Part shown: one piece after another, positions 32,672-43,400 of the stretch
How positions within the stretch are numbered: the first letter of the stretch is position 1
How the letters are laid out: every line of letters starts with the position of its first letter
IMG/VR virus record: IMGVR_UViG_3300037249_001368
Span: 114,154 to 178,153 of that record
Reading direction: 5' to 3' (one strand)
Origin: a virus
Taxonomy: Duplodnaviria; Caudoviricetes
DNA: 64,000 nucleotides
Notes under the pieces: model-generated
The model's input: the letters and a program-made list of their open reading frames with translations, nothing else
What the model was told of the DNA's origin: nothing
Databases searched by the model: none
Made by a program: the position numbers and the translations under genes

Positions 32672-33598
32672 ATGAACATCTTAGAGCAAGAAAAAATCAG
32701 CGCTGCTGAGTTTCCTCAAATTCTTGACAACATCTACAACATGGACTGTCTTGAATTTCTCAAAAAGTTGCCAGACAACTGTTTAGACATTGTGGTAACT
32801 TCACCTCCCTACAACTTACAGAATCAGAACCGCTCCGAAAATCCCAAGGTTTTCAGAAAGCCATTCGACCCCATGAAGAAAAACGACCGCGACAATAACT
32901 TGATTACCAACAGCGGTTACGACAGCGGTGGTGAGTGCTTGCCCCATTCAGTTTACGTCAGGCAACAAAGAACTCTCATCAACCAAGTCATTAGGTGCTT
33001 GAAACCCCACGGTGCATTTTTCTACAACACCAAGTGGAGAATGTACAATGGCTTGCTTGACATGCACACTGACATCACTGAAGAGTTCCCCATTCGCCAG
33101 ATTATCATTTGGAACCGCTACGCGACTTTCGCCCGCAACAATGTATCATTCATGCCTGTGTATGAAGTGATTTACTTCTTTGTCAAGGGAAGTACCGAGG
33201 ACGGCACCTGCTGCCATCTGAAAAATGATGGTATCAATCTTACCGATGTTTGGGAAATCCTCCCCGAGCGTGAAAAGAAAGACCATCCCGCTCCGTATCC
33301 GTTGCAGTTGGCTTACAACTGTGTCATGAGTGTTGAAAACAAAAAGAATGAGCCTTTTGTGGTTTACGACCCGTACATGGGTACTGGCACATCAGCAATC
33401 GCAGCTCTGTCATTGGGTTATCACTACATTGGAACCGACATTTCCGATAACTACATTAATATGGCGAAAAACAGGATTGAGCGCAATAAAATCAATCCCG
33501 AACATATCCTGCTCAACTCTAAATCAGAGCAAGCCAAGCAATTTAAGAAATTCGACAACGTGAAAGAAACCATCGGCGTCAAGAAAATCTTTGGATAA
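32672..33598 (+). CDS. DNA methyltransferase, beta class (N4-C/N6-A)
   Basis: TSPPY, HPAPYP, DPYMGTG. Confidence 0.9.
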   Translation: MNILEQEKISAAEFPQILDNIYNMDCLEFLKKLPDNCLDIVVTSPPYNLQNQNRSENPKVFRKPFDPMKKNDRDNNLITNSGYDSGGECLPHSVYVRQQRTLINQVIRCLKPHGAFFYNTKWRMYNGLLDMHTDITEEFPIRQIIIWNRYATFARNNVSFMPVYEVIYFFVKGSTEDGTCCHLKNDGINLTDVWEILPEREKKDHPAPYPLQLAYNCVMSVENKKNEPFVVYDPYMGTGTSAIAALSLGYHYIGTDISDNYINMAKNRIERNKINPEHILLNSKSEQAKQFKKFDNVKETIGVKKIFG

Positions 33599-33600
33599 TC

Positions 33601-34756
33601 ATGCGCAGAGAAAGAAATAAAGATTCAGAATCTCAAAATCCTCAGAAACCTAAGGAAGAGAAGAAATATGTCAAAGAACCACCAAAGTGGGACGCGGCAC
33701 AAATCAAATCTTTCAAGGAAAAGGATATTGAGATTCTGAATTATCTTGATTCTATCGGAGAGGGCATCTATGACGAGGGAAGATACCCAGGAATGTATCT
33801 CAAGAAACACAACGGTGAACTTTCCGATAGAGTCAAGAAACAGTTAAATACCCACGCCCGAAGAAATGTCGAGCAGGAAGAACCAGAAAATTCTGAAGCA
33901 CTTCTTAGGGAATTGTTTGGTAACCTCAAAGAATCCACTGAAAGTTAGTAGTTATGGAAAAGTTTGTTGCAAAAGCTGAACTCAATGTTTATGGGATATG
34001 CACAATCCCTGAAGCCACGGGAGAAGTTACAGGTCACTTGATTACATTCTATGCTACTTATCAAGAAGCATACAATGTTTATAAAGCAAGGTATGGTAAC
34101 AGAGCAACGGTATCAAGTGAGTCTCCTGCTTACAAAAACACCGACTTCATCCACCGTTTCATAATTCCGAAAGGTGTATCTTACACAAGGGATGATTTTG
34201 AAATTGTGGCTGAGGAACTCCAATTCGCTGAAACAATCTTTAACATCGAAACTTACGGCAAAAACAATAACCAATGAGTGTTGAGTGTCAAGGTGAACCA
34301 AAGATTGCCGACCACAATATAATTGTGTATAAGTGCTTCAGAAAAGAAGGTATTTTTCTGCTTAGCCCTTTTCACGATAAGTTGGTTGTTTGGTTACCGT
34401 TCATCACTTATCACTGCCGTGGTTTTAAGTATACCGAAAAGGCTGCAATCACATCAGCACCAGTCAGAGTTCTATCAAAGGACGGATATTATTCGGTCAA
34501 TAACTGGCAGAATCTTGAAAAGGAACTTGGTAAATTAAATCCACCAAAGTACAACAACGACATCGTGATTAGGGAGTGTTTAATTCCCGCAGGAACCAAA
34601 TACTACTGGTATGCAGGAGAGTATTGCTCCGAATATCTAAGAATAATTTCAACAAAAAATCTTGAAACAAATGATACAAGTAAAAATGTTGGCTGGCTTA
34701 GAAACGCCATCCTACGCCACAAAAAATTCTTCAGGTGCAGACCTGAAATCCAATGA
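33601..34756 (+). CDS. three hypothetical ORFs (33601-33948, 33954-34277, 34274-34756)
   Basis: the last two share an IIPKG/LIPAG-x-x-Y motif typical of a phage protein family. Confidence 0.65.
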
Positions 34757-35102
34757 GGATGTTCTGATTTTCCCTATGGAAAGAAAACTTGTCCACACGG
34801 GATTATACATGGAAATCCCCGAAGGCTACGAAGGTCAGGTTAGACCTCGCAGTGGACTCGCCCTCAAACACGGAATCACCGTACTGAACACACCTGGCAC
34901 CATTGATGCTGATTACAGAGGTGAGATTTGTGTTATTTTGTATAATTCTAACCCACCAGGTTCAGACCCCTATGAAGTGAAGAAAGGTGACAAGATTGCT
35001 CAGCTGGTTTTCGCTTCAGTCATTCAAGCAGAAATTATTCCCGTAAACGAGTTGTCATCAACCGACCGTGGCAAAGGCGGTTTCGGTCATACAGGGAAAT
35101 AA
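34671..35102 (+). CDS. dut: trimeric dUTPase
   Basis: [33 protein letters not shown]. Confidence 0.95.
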   Translation: MIQVKMLAGLETPSYATKNSSGADLKSNEDVLIFPMERKLVHTGLYMEIPEGYEGQVRPRSGLALKHGITVLNTPGTIDADYRGEICVILYNSNPPGSDPYEVKKGDKIAQLVFASVIQAEIIPVNELSSTDRGKGGFGHTGK

Positions 35103-35103
35103 C

Positions 35104-35485
35104 ATGGAATTTGTACAGTACATTTTCGGAAATTTTTGGCATTTCATAATGTTTGTTGTCGTTTTGGCAGTTATATTCGATGGAATTGCTGATATTGTCC
35201 GAGCTTTCAATAAACCACCAACAAAAAATACTGACAACGATGATAATGATTAATGGTGTCATGTATCAAGAGAAGCAGAATCTTGATGAAGACTTTCCTT
35301 CCTGTTCTTTGTGCAAAGTTCCACTGAGCCAATGTCAAAGCCAGTGCAAGCAATTCGGTAACAACTACTTCTTCACAACTGCTAACCCAGAAGATGCAGG
35401 AAAAGATATTTCAGGTTGTATGAAATGTATTGGAATCTGTGGAATTATCATAGCAGTAGTTATCACCCTTCTTCTGATTTTTTAA
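35104..35485 (+). CDS. two small membrane proteins (35104-35253; about 35240-35485)
   Basis: hydrophobic helices; the second has a Cys cluster. Confidence 0.5.
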
Positions 35486-35503
35486 CCATCAATAACATAT
35501 CTT

Positions 35504-36496
35504 ATGAAAATCATTTACCCAAACGGTATCACCATTGAGTGTACCCGTGATGAATATTTGGAATGTATCAAAGACGAACAAGTACAATCACAGAAGGAAG
35601 TCGTAAACGCTATCAATGATTTCAAACAAGCATTACTGGCGAAAACCGACTCCATTAAAGACATCGCAAATGCAGGTTTACTCCTTTTCCAAAAGTTCTG
35701 TGAGGAGTATTTGAAGAATCTAACCGTCGTCACTCATGGCGATTCTGATTCTGATGAGATACTCAGGAAACTCAGAGAAGGAAAATTTGAGTATGAACCA
35801 CCGAAGGTCCAAGTCCAAGACAATGAATTTTTACATCATGTCCCGCTCGGAACATCAGTGTCAGCAGGTGGTGCTGTTGAACACGAAAACACATCAGAAA
35901 CAGATGTAACAACTAACAGCGAACATATTTCGTTCACAGGCGAAACCATCGAAAACTCAGAAGAAATGTTGAAACAGATAATCTATGCTTACAAGTCCGA
36001 CAGAATAAATCCTGTCGACATCGACAACCCTGACGAGAAATATGAATCACCGAAAGAAGCAGCAGATGCCCACAATCTCAGCATCCAAGAATTTATGAAA
36101 TAATTGGATAGTGACACCATCTACAACGGTTACATTTTTATGTCAGAGAAGAAAGCCAAGCAAAGAGCTGCCAAAACCAAGAAAAACTCCAAATCACAGC
36201 AGGTCTATGTTTATGACGAAGATTGGTCAAATGAACGAGTCTTTGATTCAGTGACCCAAGCTTCTCGGATGCTTGCTATCGCGATTTTAACCATTAAAAA
36301 CAACATCGACAAGGGGCGGCTTGTCAAACACAAATACTATTTCAGAAGCAGAAAACTTCCCAAGACCGAAACCAATATTATCAATCCGATTGCGGACAAA
36401 ACCGCCGAGGAGGATATCCCCGAAATCGAGAAAACCATCCGTGAGATTGACGCAAGGAATAAAGAGCCGTATCAGACCTCTCCAAAGATTTATTGA
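35504..36496 (+). pseudogene. NUMOD1-repeat DNA-binding protein split by one in-frame TAA (36101-36103)
   Basis: both ORFs in the same frame and abutting; first NUMOD1-like repeat YESPKEAADAHNLS...K*LDSDTIYNGYIF spans the stop. Confidence 0.6.
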
Positions 36497-36521
36497 TTCT
36501 GAAAATACTTAAACAAGAAAC

Positions 36522-36549
36522 CAGCCTAAACGGTACATTCGTAATAGTT
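36522..36549 (+). promoter_or_regulatory. phage bipartite promoter (CAGCCTAA-N16-AGTT)
   Basis: exact-spacer copy. Confidence 0.8.
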
Positions 36550-36580
36550 TGATAAATTAGAAAATCTAAGACTTTCCAAT

Positions 36581-36961
36581 ATGTCAGATAACCCGCAGAA
36601 ACCCGAATTTCAGAAATACTTCAAGCCACCGTACAATGTCGACGAATGTGGTTGTTATGTTTTCTGTAATGACGAAACCCAGATGGTTTTTGATTTCTAC
36701 TCTGAAGAGATTTCATCAGAAGAGGAACAAAGAATCAGAGACCTAATCGAGGGTAAAGAAGCAGAGCCGTTCGCGGATGTGATTCATAACGATGAAACCA
36801 TTTCATTGGTGAAACATAATCACACGGTTACAGTGCTTTCAGTTCGCGGTTGGGGTTATCTGACTGGACGTCTTGGATTAGATTCCAAAGAAGCTGTGAA
36901 AATTCAGGACCAAATGGTCGAGTTCTTCACAAAACTTCTTAAGGGAGAAGTCAAACCTTAA
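36581..36961 (+). CDS. conserved phage hypothetical protein
   Basis: FKPP...VRGWGYLTG...EA-x-x-IQD pattern. Confidence 0.7.
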   Translation: MSDNPQKPEFQKYFKPPYNVDECGCYVFCNDETQMVFDFYSEEISSEEEQRIRDLIEGKEAEPFADVIHNDETISLVKHNHTVTVLSVRGWGYLTGRLGLDSKEAVKIQDQMVEFFTKLLKGEVKP

Positions 36962-36973
36962 AATCATAGTATA

Positions 36974-37885
36974 ATGTTAGTAATGATTACTAACCGCTGC
37001 CACGAAGGCTGCAGACATTGTATGTCCGACTGTAAACCAGAAGGGACAGACATGGATTTGATGACTTTCGGCAAAGCCGTCAAGTTTGCAAGATTCCTCG
37101 GGGCGCGGTTTCTTGTTTTATCAGGTGGCGAACCAACACTCAACCCCGATTGGTTCAGAATGTGTCAGATTCTTAATGACCAGTACCATATGCCTTTTGG
37201 TATCTGCACCAATGGTACTTGGGTTGAAGACCAGAAGACCTTCAAACGCATGGCTCGTGTCAACGAAATGAAGTACTGCACAGGTATTCAAGTTTACACG
37301 AACCAAATGTTCTACAAATCTTATAACCTGGTTAAGTCTCATGAACAAGACCTGTTAAAAATTGGTCTACGTATCGACGAGAGCCCAATTCGTTCTATGA
37401 AGGATTTGGGACGTGCCAAAACCGACCCAGCCTGTCAGGCAGTTATCGACAGAGATAAATACTTTATGTCGTGCTTGAATACAGCGCTCGCCGCTAAGCA
37501 AGTGGCTGTTTCAGGTAACTTCTGTAAAGTGCTTGAAAACGAAGCAGGACACTTCTGCAAGCCTTGCGTAGACCCGACAGGAAAATTACACATGTCAGAA
37601 TCACAATTATGTCCTGTGGTTGGAGACATAACCAAAGAATTTTTCACCGATATTTGGGACAATATGCGCCAATGGCAGCCATGTGGCGGTTGTAAGGATT
37701 ACTACAAGTTCAGAGATTCTGAACGACCCGAATTGATACCTGCCAGAGCACTGCTAGGTATCACGAAACCCGAACCTGATGGCGAAATTCAGCAAACACT
37801 CGCCCAATTCCTCGGTGATTGTCCATTGATGAGCCAAGAAGCACATGAAAAACTCCAAAAGTTTACTGAAAATCAACAACAATGA
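36974..37885 (+). CDS. radical SAM protein with Cys-rich (SPASM/twitch-like) C-terminus
   Basis: ITNRCHEGCRHC, SGGEP, TNG, later Cys residues. Confidence 0.88.
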   Translation: MLVMITNRCHEGCRHCMSDCKPEGTDMDLMTFGKAVKFARFLGARFLVLSGGEPTLNPDWFRMCQILNDQYHMPFGICTNGTWVEDQKTFKRMARVNEMKYCTGIQVYTNQMFYKSYNLVKSHEQDLLKIGLRIDESPIRSMKDLGRAKTDPACQAVIDRDKYFMSCLNTALAAKQVAVSGNFCKVLENEAGHFCKPCVDPTGKLHMSESQLCPVVGDITKEFFTDIWDNMRQWQPCGGCKDYYKFRDSERPELIPARALLGITKPEPDGEIQQTLAQFLGDCPLMSQEAHEKLQKFTENQQQ

Positions 37886-38103
37886 CCGTATATTTCTTTG
37901 ATTGTCATTCAGTTGAAATAATTACGACATGGGAAAATCCTACAGTAGTCCCATGTATTGGTGACAGAGTAATTCTAGAAATAGATTCAGAAAATCAGAT
38001 AATTCAAAGAATTTATGGCGTAACTAACAGAACTATACTGAAAGACTCAGTACGCATCTTCTGTAAGTTTGCCGATTCAGAAACAATAATCCCGAAAAAA
38101 TGA
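37882..38103 (+). CDS. hypothetical protein
   Basis: VPCIGD motif; ATGA coupling. Confidence 0.6.
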   Translation: MTVYFFDCHSVEIITTWENPTVVPCIGDRVILEIDSENQIIQRIYGVTNRTILKDSVRIFCKFADSETIIPKK

Positions 38104-38435
38104 ACAGAGAACAAATCGAATCGTTGGACGGCACCAAGCCTTATTGCACCGAGACCGAAAGGGAACAGCAGTGGTACGAAGCAGGTTTGGTTGAAGGACT
38201 TGAGGTTGGTGACACCGAACCCAAACCAAATAAAACCGTGTCGGAGATTCTTAATGATTTTACTGGCACGGAAATGTTCATCATGGAACAGAAATACTTT
38301 GATGATGTAGTCCTTTGGATTGCGGAGAAAGATAAGATTGAGGCAGTGAAAGCTATCAAAGATTTCTTCAAATCAGGGCTTTACGAAGCCAAGCAATACT
38401 TGGATAAAATCACTGAAAATCATAAACAATGCTAA
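38100..38435 (+). CDS. protein with C-terminal ribosomal bL12 (L7/L12) CTD-like domain
   Basis: DKIEAVKAIKDFFKSGLYEAKQYLD fits KIxxIKxxR...GLxEAKxxV(D/E). Confidence 0.65.
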   Translation: MNREQIESLDGTKPYCTETEREQQWYEAGLVEGLEVGDTEPKPNKTVSEILNDFTGTEMFIMEQKYFDDVVLWIAEKDKIEAVKAIKDFFKSGLYEAKQYLDKITENHKQC

Positions 38436-40335
38436 AGATTCGCAAAGGCAGAAAATACATCTGCACCAAAACTGTCACAATCAACGAAGAGGTGGCTTTC
38501 ATCGAGGGAGACGTGTATGTTTCTCTGAAGGATGACATGCTTATTGACATCAACGGAGTCCACCGTAATCTTGATGTCATGCAACTTGAGTGCTTTGAAC
38601 TGAAATCAATCGACAATCATGGTTATTGGGAGAAGCTGTGGCATGATTACACCATCAAGATTTTCTGCAATTCATTGCAAACACCCGAAATTCAGAAAAT
38701 CCTCATCGCACCTAACGATGTATGTTCTTACGAGGAGAAGTGCCATGTTACCGAACAGGCCGAGAACTTCGCAATCAACGCTGCAAGACACCTCGTACAG
38801 AAAATCATGGAACAAACCAAGGAGGACAACAAGCCTCTTGAAATCACTGAATAAAACTGATTGTCATGCTCTGTTATTTACAGAAAATAGGAGAAATTTC
38901 CGGAAATAATTACTACTTCAATGTTCCTTACAAAACCACGGAGGAATTTATTGAGTACATCGGAAAGAAACCAGACGATTTCGGTTCAATGTTCTTTGGT
39001 ATAGACAGAACATCTATGGTTGAGAACTTGTATGCTGTAAGTTTTCATGTCACCAGAATACACACTTCGCCCGAAAAGGAATACTACATACATTATCACA
39101 TGTTTTCCAAGAAGAATTATTCTGAGACATACAACCCTGTTTTAGAAGATTCCGAAGGTGACATGGAATTTTCTTCCATTGATGAAATTAAATCATTTTT
39201 GATAAAATTCATCGAAGATAAGAAACTTACCGAAGTGTGCACAGAACTTATAGAAAACGAGATAGATTCGGCTTGTAAAGTCATAGAGAGACAAAGAGCC
39301 ATAATCAAAAGATTCAAAAAAGCTAAATCATATCTTTAATCATGAATAAACAATTCACCGAATACGAAACCGCACAAGAACTTATGAAGCTTGGTATTTC
39401 AACGGATACCGCTGACATGGTTTATAAGTTTGATGCAGGTTTCTTACAAGAACACAAGCCGTACTTAGACAGTCTCAAAGACGAACAGAGAATCAGAGAT
39501 ATGTTTATCAAAGGTATGACCAATAAAGGTGCTACCGAAGACTGGCTCAAGCGTTTCAAACCACTCCAACCATGTTGGTCGCTCGCAGGACTTCTTGACG
39601 TTCTACCAAAAAACCTGAAAGACAAAGAAGGAACAATACGTGTGCGACAAATCATTGGTGGAGATGTGAGTTACGCAGGACTCGGTATGGTTTGGAACAG
39701 CCAACCAACATTACTACTCAACGTCGTAGACGCCATCAAGACCCTTATCGCTGAGGGTTATTCATTGGAAGATGCAACACCAAAACCGTCTGAAGAATGA
39801 AAGCAATCAAAAATCTGAAGAAGGGTGACAGAATAATTGTCAGTTACCAAGAAACAAGTTCTGTTTTTGTAGAAGCAGTCAAAGCTGTCAGGATTGATGG
39901 TAGAGAATTTGTCATAAACACTAACCATGAGCAGAATGTTGCTGGCAGAGAAATTCTCCGTCAAGAATGGCCTAATCACTGGCCTATAAGAATACCAGTA
40001 GTTGCAACGGCAGGTAACAGTCATACTTTCAAAGCTGGGAAAGATGTTGAGGGTAAGATAACTGTCGCGGATAGAGCAGATATAGATGTGATATGTCCAC
40101 CGTCAGACTATGATGATTTATAACCATGAGCGCACCCAACAAATCACCCGAAGCCAAGAAATGTTATCATCACAGCTGCGTACCTGGTAACTGTGTTTAT
40201 GAATCTTGGACAACAGATTGTACATACCCAAATTGCAATAAGGGTATTCCAAAAGGTTCTGCTTACAAGCCAAAAGACGAACCCGAACAACCAATCGGGG
40301 ATTTATCAGAACTTGAAGCAGAATATCTAGACTAG
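38429..40335 (+). CDS. cluster of hypothetical ORFs (38429-38854, 38866-39339, 39342-39800, 39797-40123, 40126-40335)
   Basis: abutting plus-strand ORFs with A-rich starts. Confidence 0.65.
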
Positions 40336-40406
40336 AATCCAGTTTTGGCACGAACACGCAGTGTGAGTGCTATGTTCTGAAAAATTTTCATTCCATATTT
40401 TTTGGT

Positions 40407-40447
40407 TTAGGCTGGTTGGGGTAAAATCCAATCAGCCTAATTTTTTT
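40407..40447 (+). terminator. intrinsic terminator overlapping a promoter
   Basis: ttaggctggttgg/ccaatcagcctaa + T7. Confidence 0.8.
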
Positions 40448-40460
40448 GCCTCGATTGGTT
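40433..40460 (+). promoter_or_regulatory. phage bipartite promoter (CAGCCTAA-N16-GGTT)
   Basis: exact-spacer copy upstream of the Mre11-Rad50 fusion. Confidence 0.8.
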
Positions 40461-40494
40461 TACATACAACAGTAGAAATAATTTCCATAATACC

Positions 40495-43400
40495 ATGAAA
40501 ATTGCACATATCGCAGACGTTCAGGTCAAAAACCGTGAAAAGAACTTGGAACGTCCCTACAATGATTCATTACAAGAGATTTATGACAAAATCAACGCTG
40601 ACAACGAAATAGAAATTTTAGTCATCGCTGGTGATTTGTTTGAGTACGCAGAACCAAACGAATCCGAGCGTGCCATGATTTATACTTTCCTGTCAAGGTT
40701 GCCCGAAATAAAACACCTGCACGAAATAGTTTTAATTCCTGGTAACCACGATTTGGTGAAATTCGGTAAATCACAAGCAGTCAACGAATCACTCACCGAA
40801 GATTTGAACATCAAATCAACACCACTTGACCTTTTCAATGACATCATTCAGACATTGAATCCTGATTATGCCAAGAAGTACATCTACATTGACCATACAG
40901 GGGTTTATGAATCAAATATTTTGAGTAGGCTTATCTACGTAGGTTACTCTTTGGAAGATGGCATGAAATTCCCGTTTGATGAATCAATTCTCGACAATGA
41001 TGACCGTCTGAAGATTTGTGTTTTTCACGGTATGCTTAAAGATTACGTGGAAACCAAGAAGATTCCTCTAAGAAAAGATATACTCGAACGCCTGACATCA
41101 TTGGAGAACTTCCCAGAAAGGTCTCGTGTGCTTGCTGGTGATATCCACCAAATACTCAGTTTTGATGACCCAGCAAGAGACATATATTTTTGGTATTCAG
41201 GCTCAACCCAACAACATACACACAGCGAGGGTTGGTATTTGTACACTGATAACCAAGCCAAAAACTCAATCACTGACGAACGTAAAGCCATACTTACTTA
41301 CGAATACGAAGGTTATCATTTACAGAAACCTGAGAAGATATACTTAAGCAACTGGGTAAGTTACGTAACAGTTACCACCTCACTTGAACAATCAGGCACA
41401 GAAATCATTGAATCACTCAACGCTATGGATTGGGAAAAATGTGCAGGTGTTGATGTAACTTATGTGGTTGTGAAATCCAAACACAAATTCTCCAAGATTG
41501 AGCGGAAGATTTATGAGATAATTAAATCGCATATCCCTAATGCTATTATATCATTTGATTATGGCAAAATAACAATGGACATCAACACCGTTGAATCCAC
41601 CGTTGTCAAGGATATCCTCGACGAAAAGACAGAAGTCACTGAATCAGAAACTGATGAACCACATCAGTTTGATTTTAACGACATAGACAATCTGGTTTTA
41701 TCGGATGAACAACTCCAAAAGATGTTCAACTATGTGATTCAGCAACAACTCACAAAAGTCGAGACAGACAATACCGAAAAGATACACACAGCCCTGATGG
41801 ATTTGTTTAAGACACAGTTATCAGATGTTGTCACCAAATCTAAACATTACTCCATAGACCTGAAACAAGTCTATTGTTCCCAATTCATGGCGTTAGGCAA
41901 AAACAACATAAAACTTGACATCAACGGAATAACGAGAATCTTGGGAACAAACGGAATTGGCAAAACCACTCTTTTCCGAATGATTAGATGGGTGTTTACG
42001 GGCGAGGTTTTCGAGGGCATGAAGTCAAATACCAGTGTCAGAAACAACATGGGTATTTTCAATGAACGTCTAGATGATGACTCTTTGACTGTGAGCCTTG
42101 CAATAGAAAATAATCACATTCCCGTCGTGATTAGGCGGACTGCCACCCGTAAATGGAAAAATAACACAACTTACGAACAAAAACATTCCAAAGAATGGCA
42201 GGATTTCGTGAGCACGATTCAGATGGATTTGCAATTCACCATTAATCCAAACACCGAGAATCAGAAGATTATTGTTGGTGAAAACGCTCAAAAGAACATT
42301 AACGTTTGGTTGGGAGATGCAATCAATAAACTGATGTTCATCAACCAAATGAAGATTGAAGAGATACTCAAATCCGAGAAAGTCAACATGAATGATACAA
42401 TATTAGACTTCATTGGATGTGATTATCTTAATTCTTTGGAGAATAATTTGGATGAGGTCAAGAACGAATTGATGACGATACCTCGTCCGAAACGCGACAG
42501 GATGCAAATCTTGACAGACATTTCCAAGGAACAGGCTGCCATCAAAGAATGTGACCAAAACATAGAAGCCAACAATAAGGAAATTTCTGATACAGAACAG
42601 AAACGCTCAAAGAAAACAGAGGAAAGAAATTCCACCAACACAGAATTAATCAATTTGGGTAATGTGGAGAACCAAATCACTGAAAACGACCAAGAAATTG
42701 AGAAAGTTCAGGGATTGGTTGATTCTTACAAACCACAAGAGCCAAAAGAACTCATCAAACCAACTATAACAAAACCTGATTATCCTCAATCAGCAATAGA
42801 CGAGTTACAGCAGAAACTAAAAACTCAAGAACAACGTCAACAGGAATCCAATGACAAAATCATAGGAATCAGGACACAAATTGTAACCGAGATTCAGTCA
42901 CAAATTAGTGCAGAGCGAGACAGTATCAAAGAATCTGCTCATAATGTATTAAAGATTGAAACATCTGTCACTGATTACGAAACACAGATTAAAACATTCC
43001 TTAGTGAAGTAAGAATTAAGTTACAGAGTAAGGTTTCTGAACAGGATAGAATCATTGCAGAGTACCGTAAAACGATAACAGAAAACAAAGCAAGTATCAC
43101 GAACGGTGTTTGTCCTAAATGTGGTAGACCTTTCTCTGATGATTACGAAACACATAAACAAACCCTTGAAGCAGAAATTTCTAAGTACGAAGAATTAATT
43201 AAAAACGAGGAAGCAATCAAGTCCACTTACTCCAAACACATCGACGAATTGCCTAAGTTTACGTCCTTTGACGGTATGGCTCATGACCAGATTGCAGTTA
43301 TGCAAACAAACAAATTCCTGCAACCTAAGTTCGGTGATATACTTTCTAAATACAAAGAACTTACAGCTGATTACAATACTCATAAGCAAAATCAGATGCA

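Noticed and set aside
34671-34756. 86-nt overlap of dUTPase with the upstream ORF as a recoding site
   Set aside because: dUTPase has its own ATG in A-rich context; the overlap is most simply a C-terminal extension of the upstream gene.
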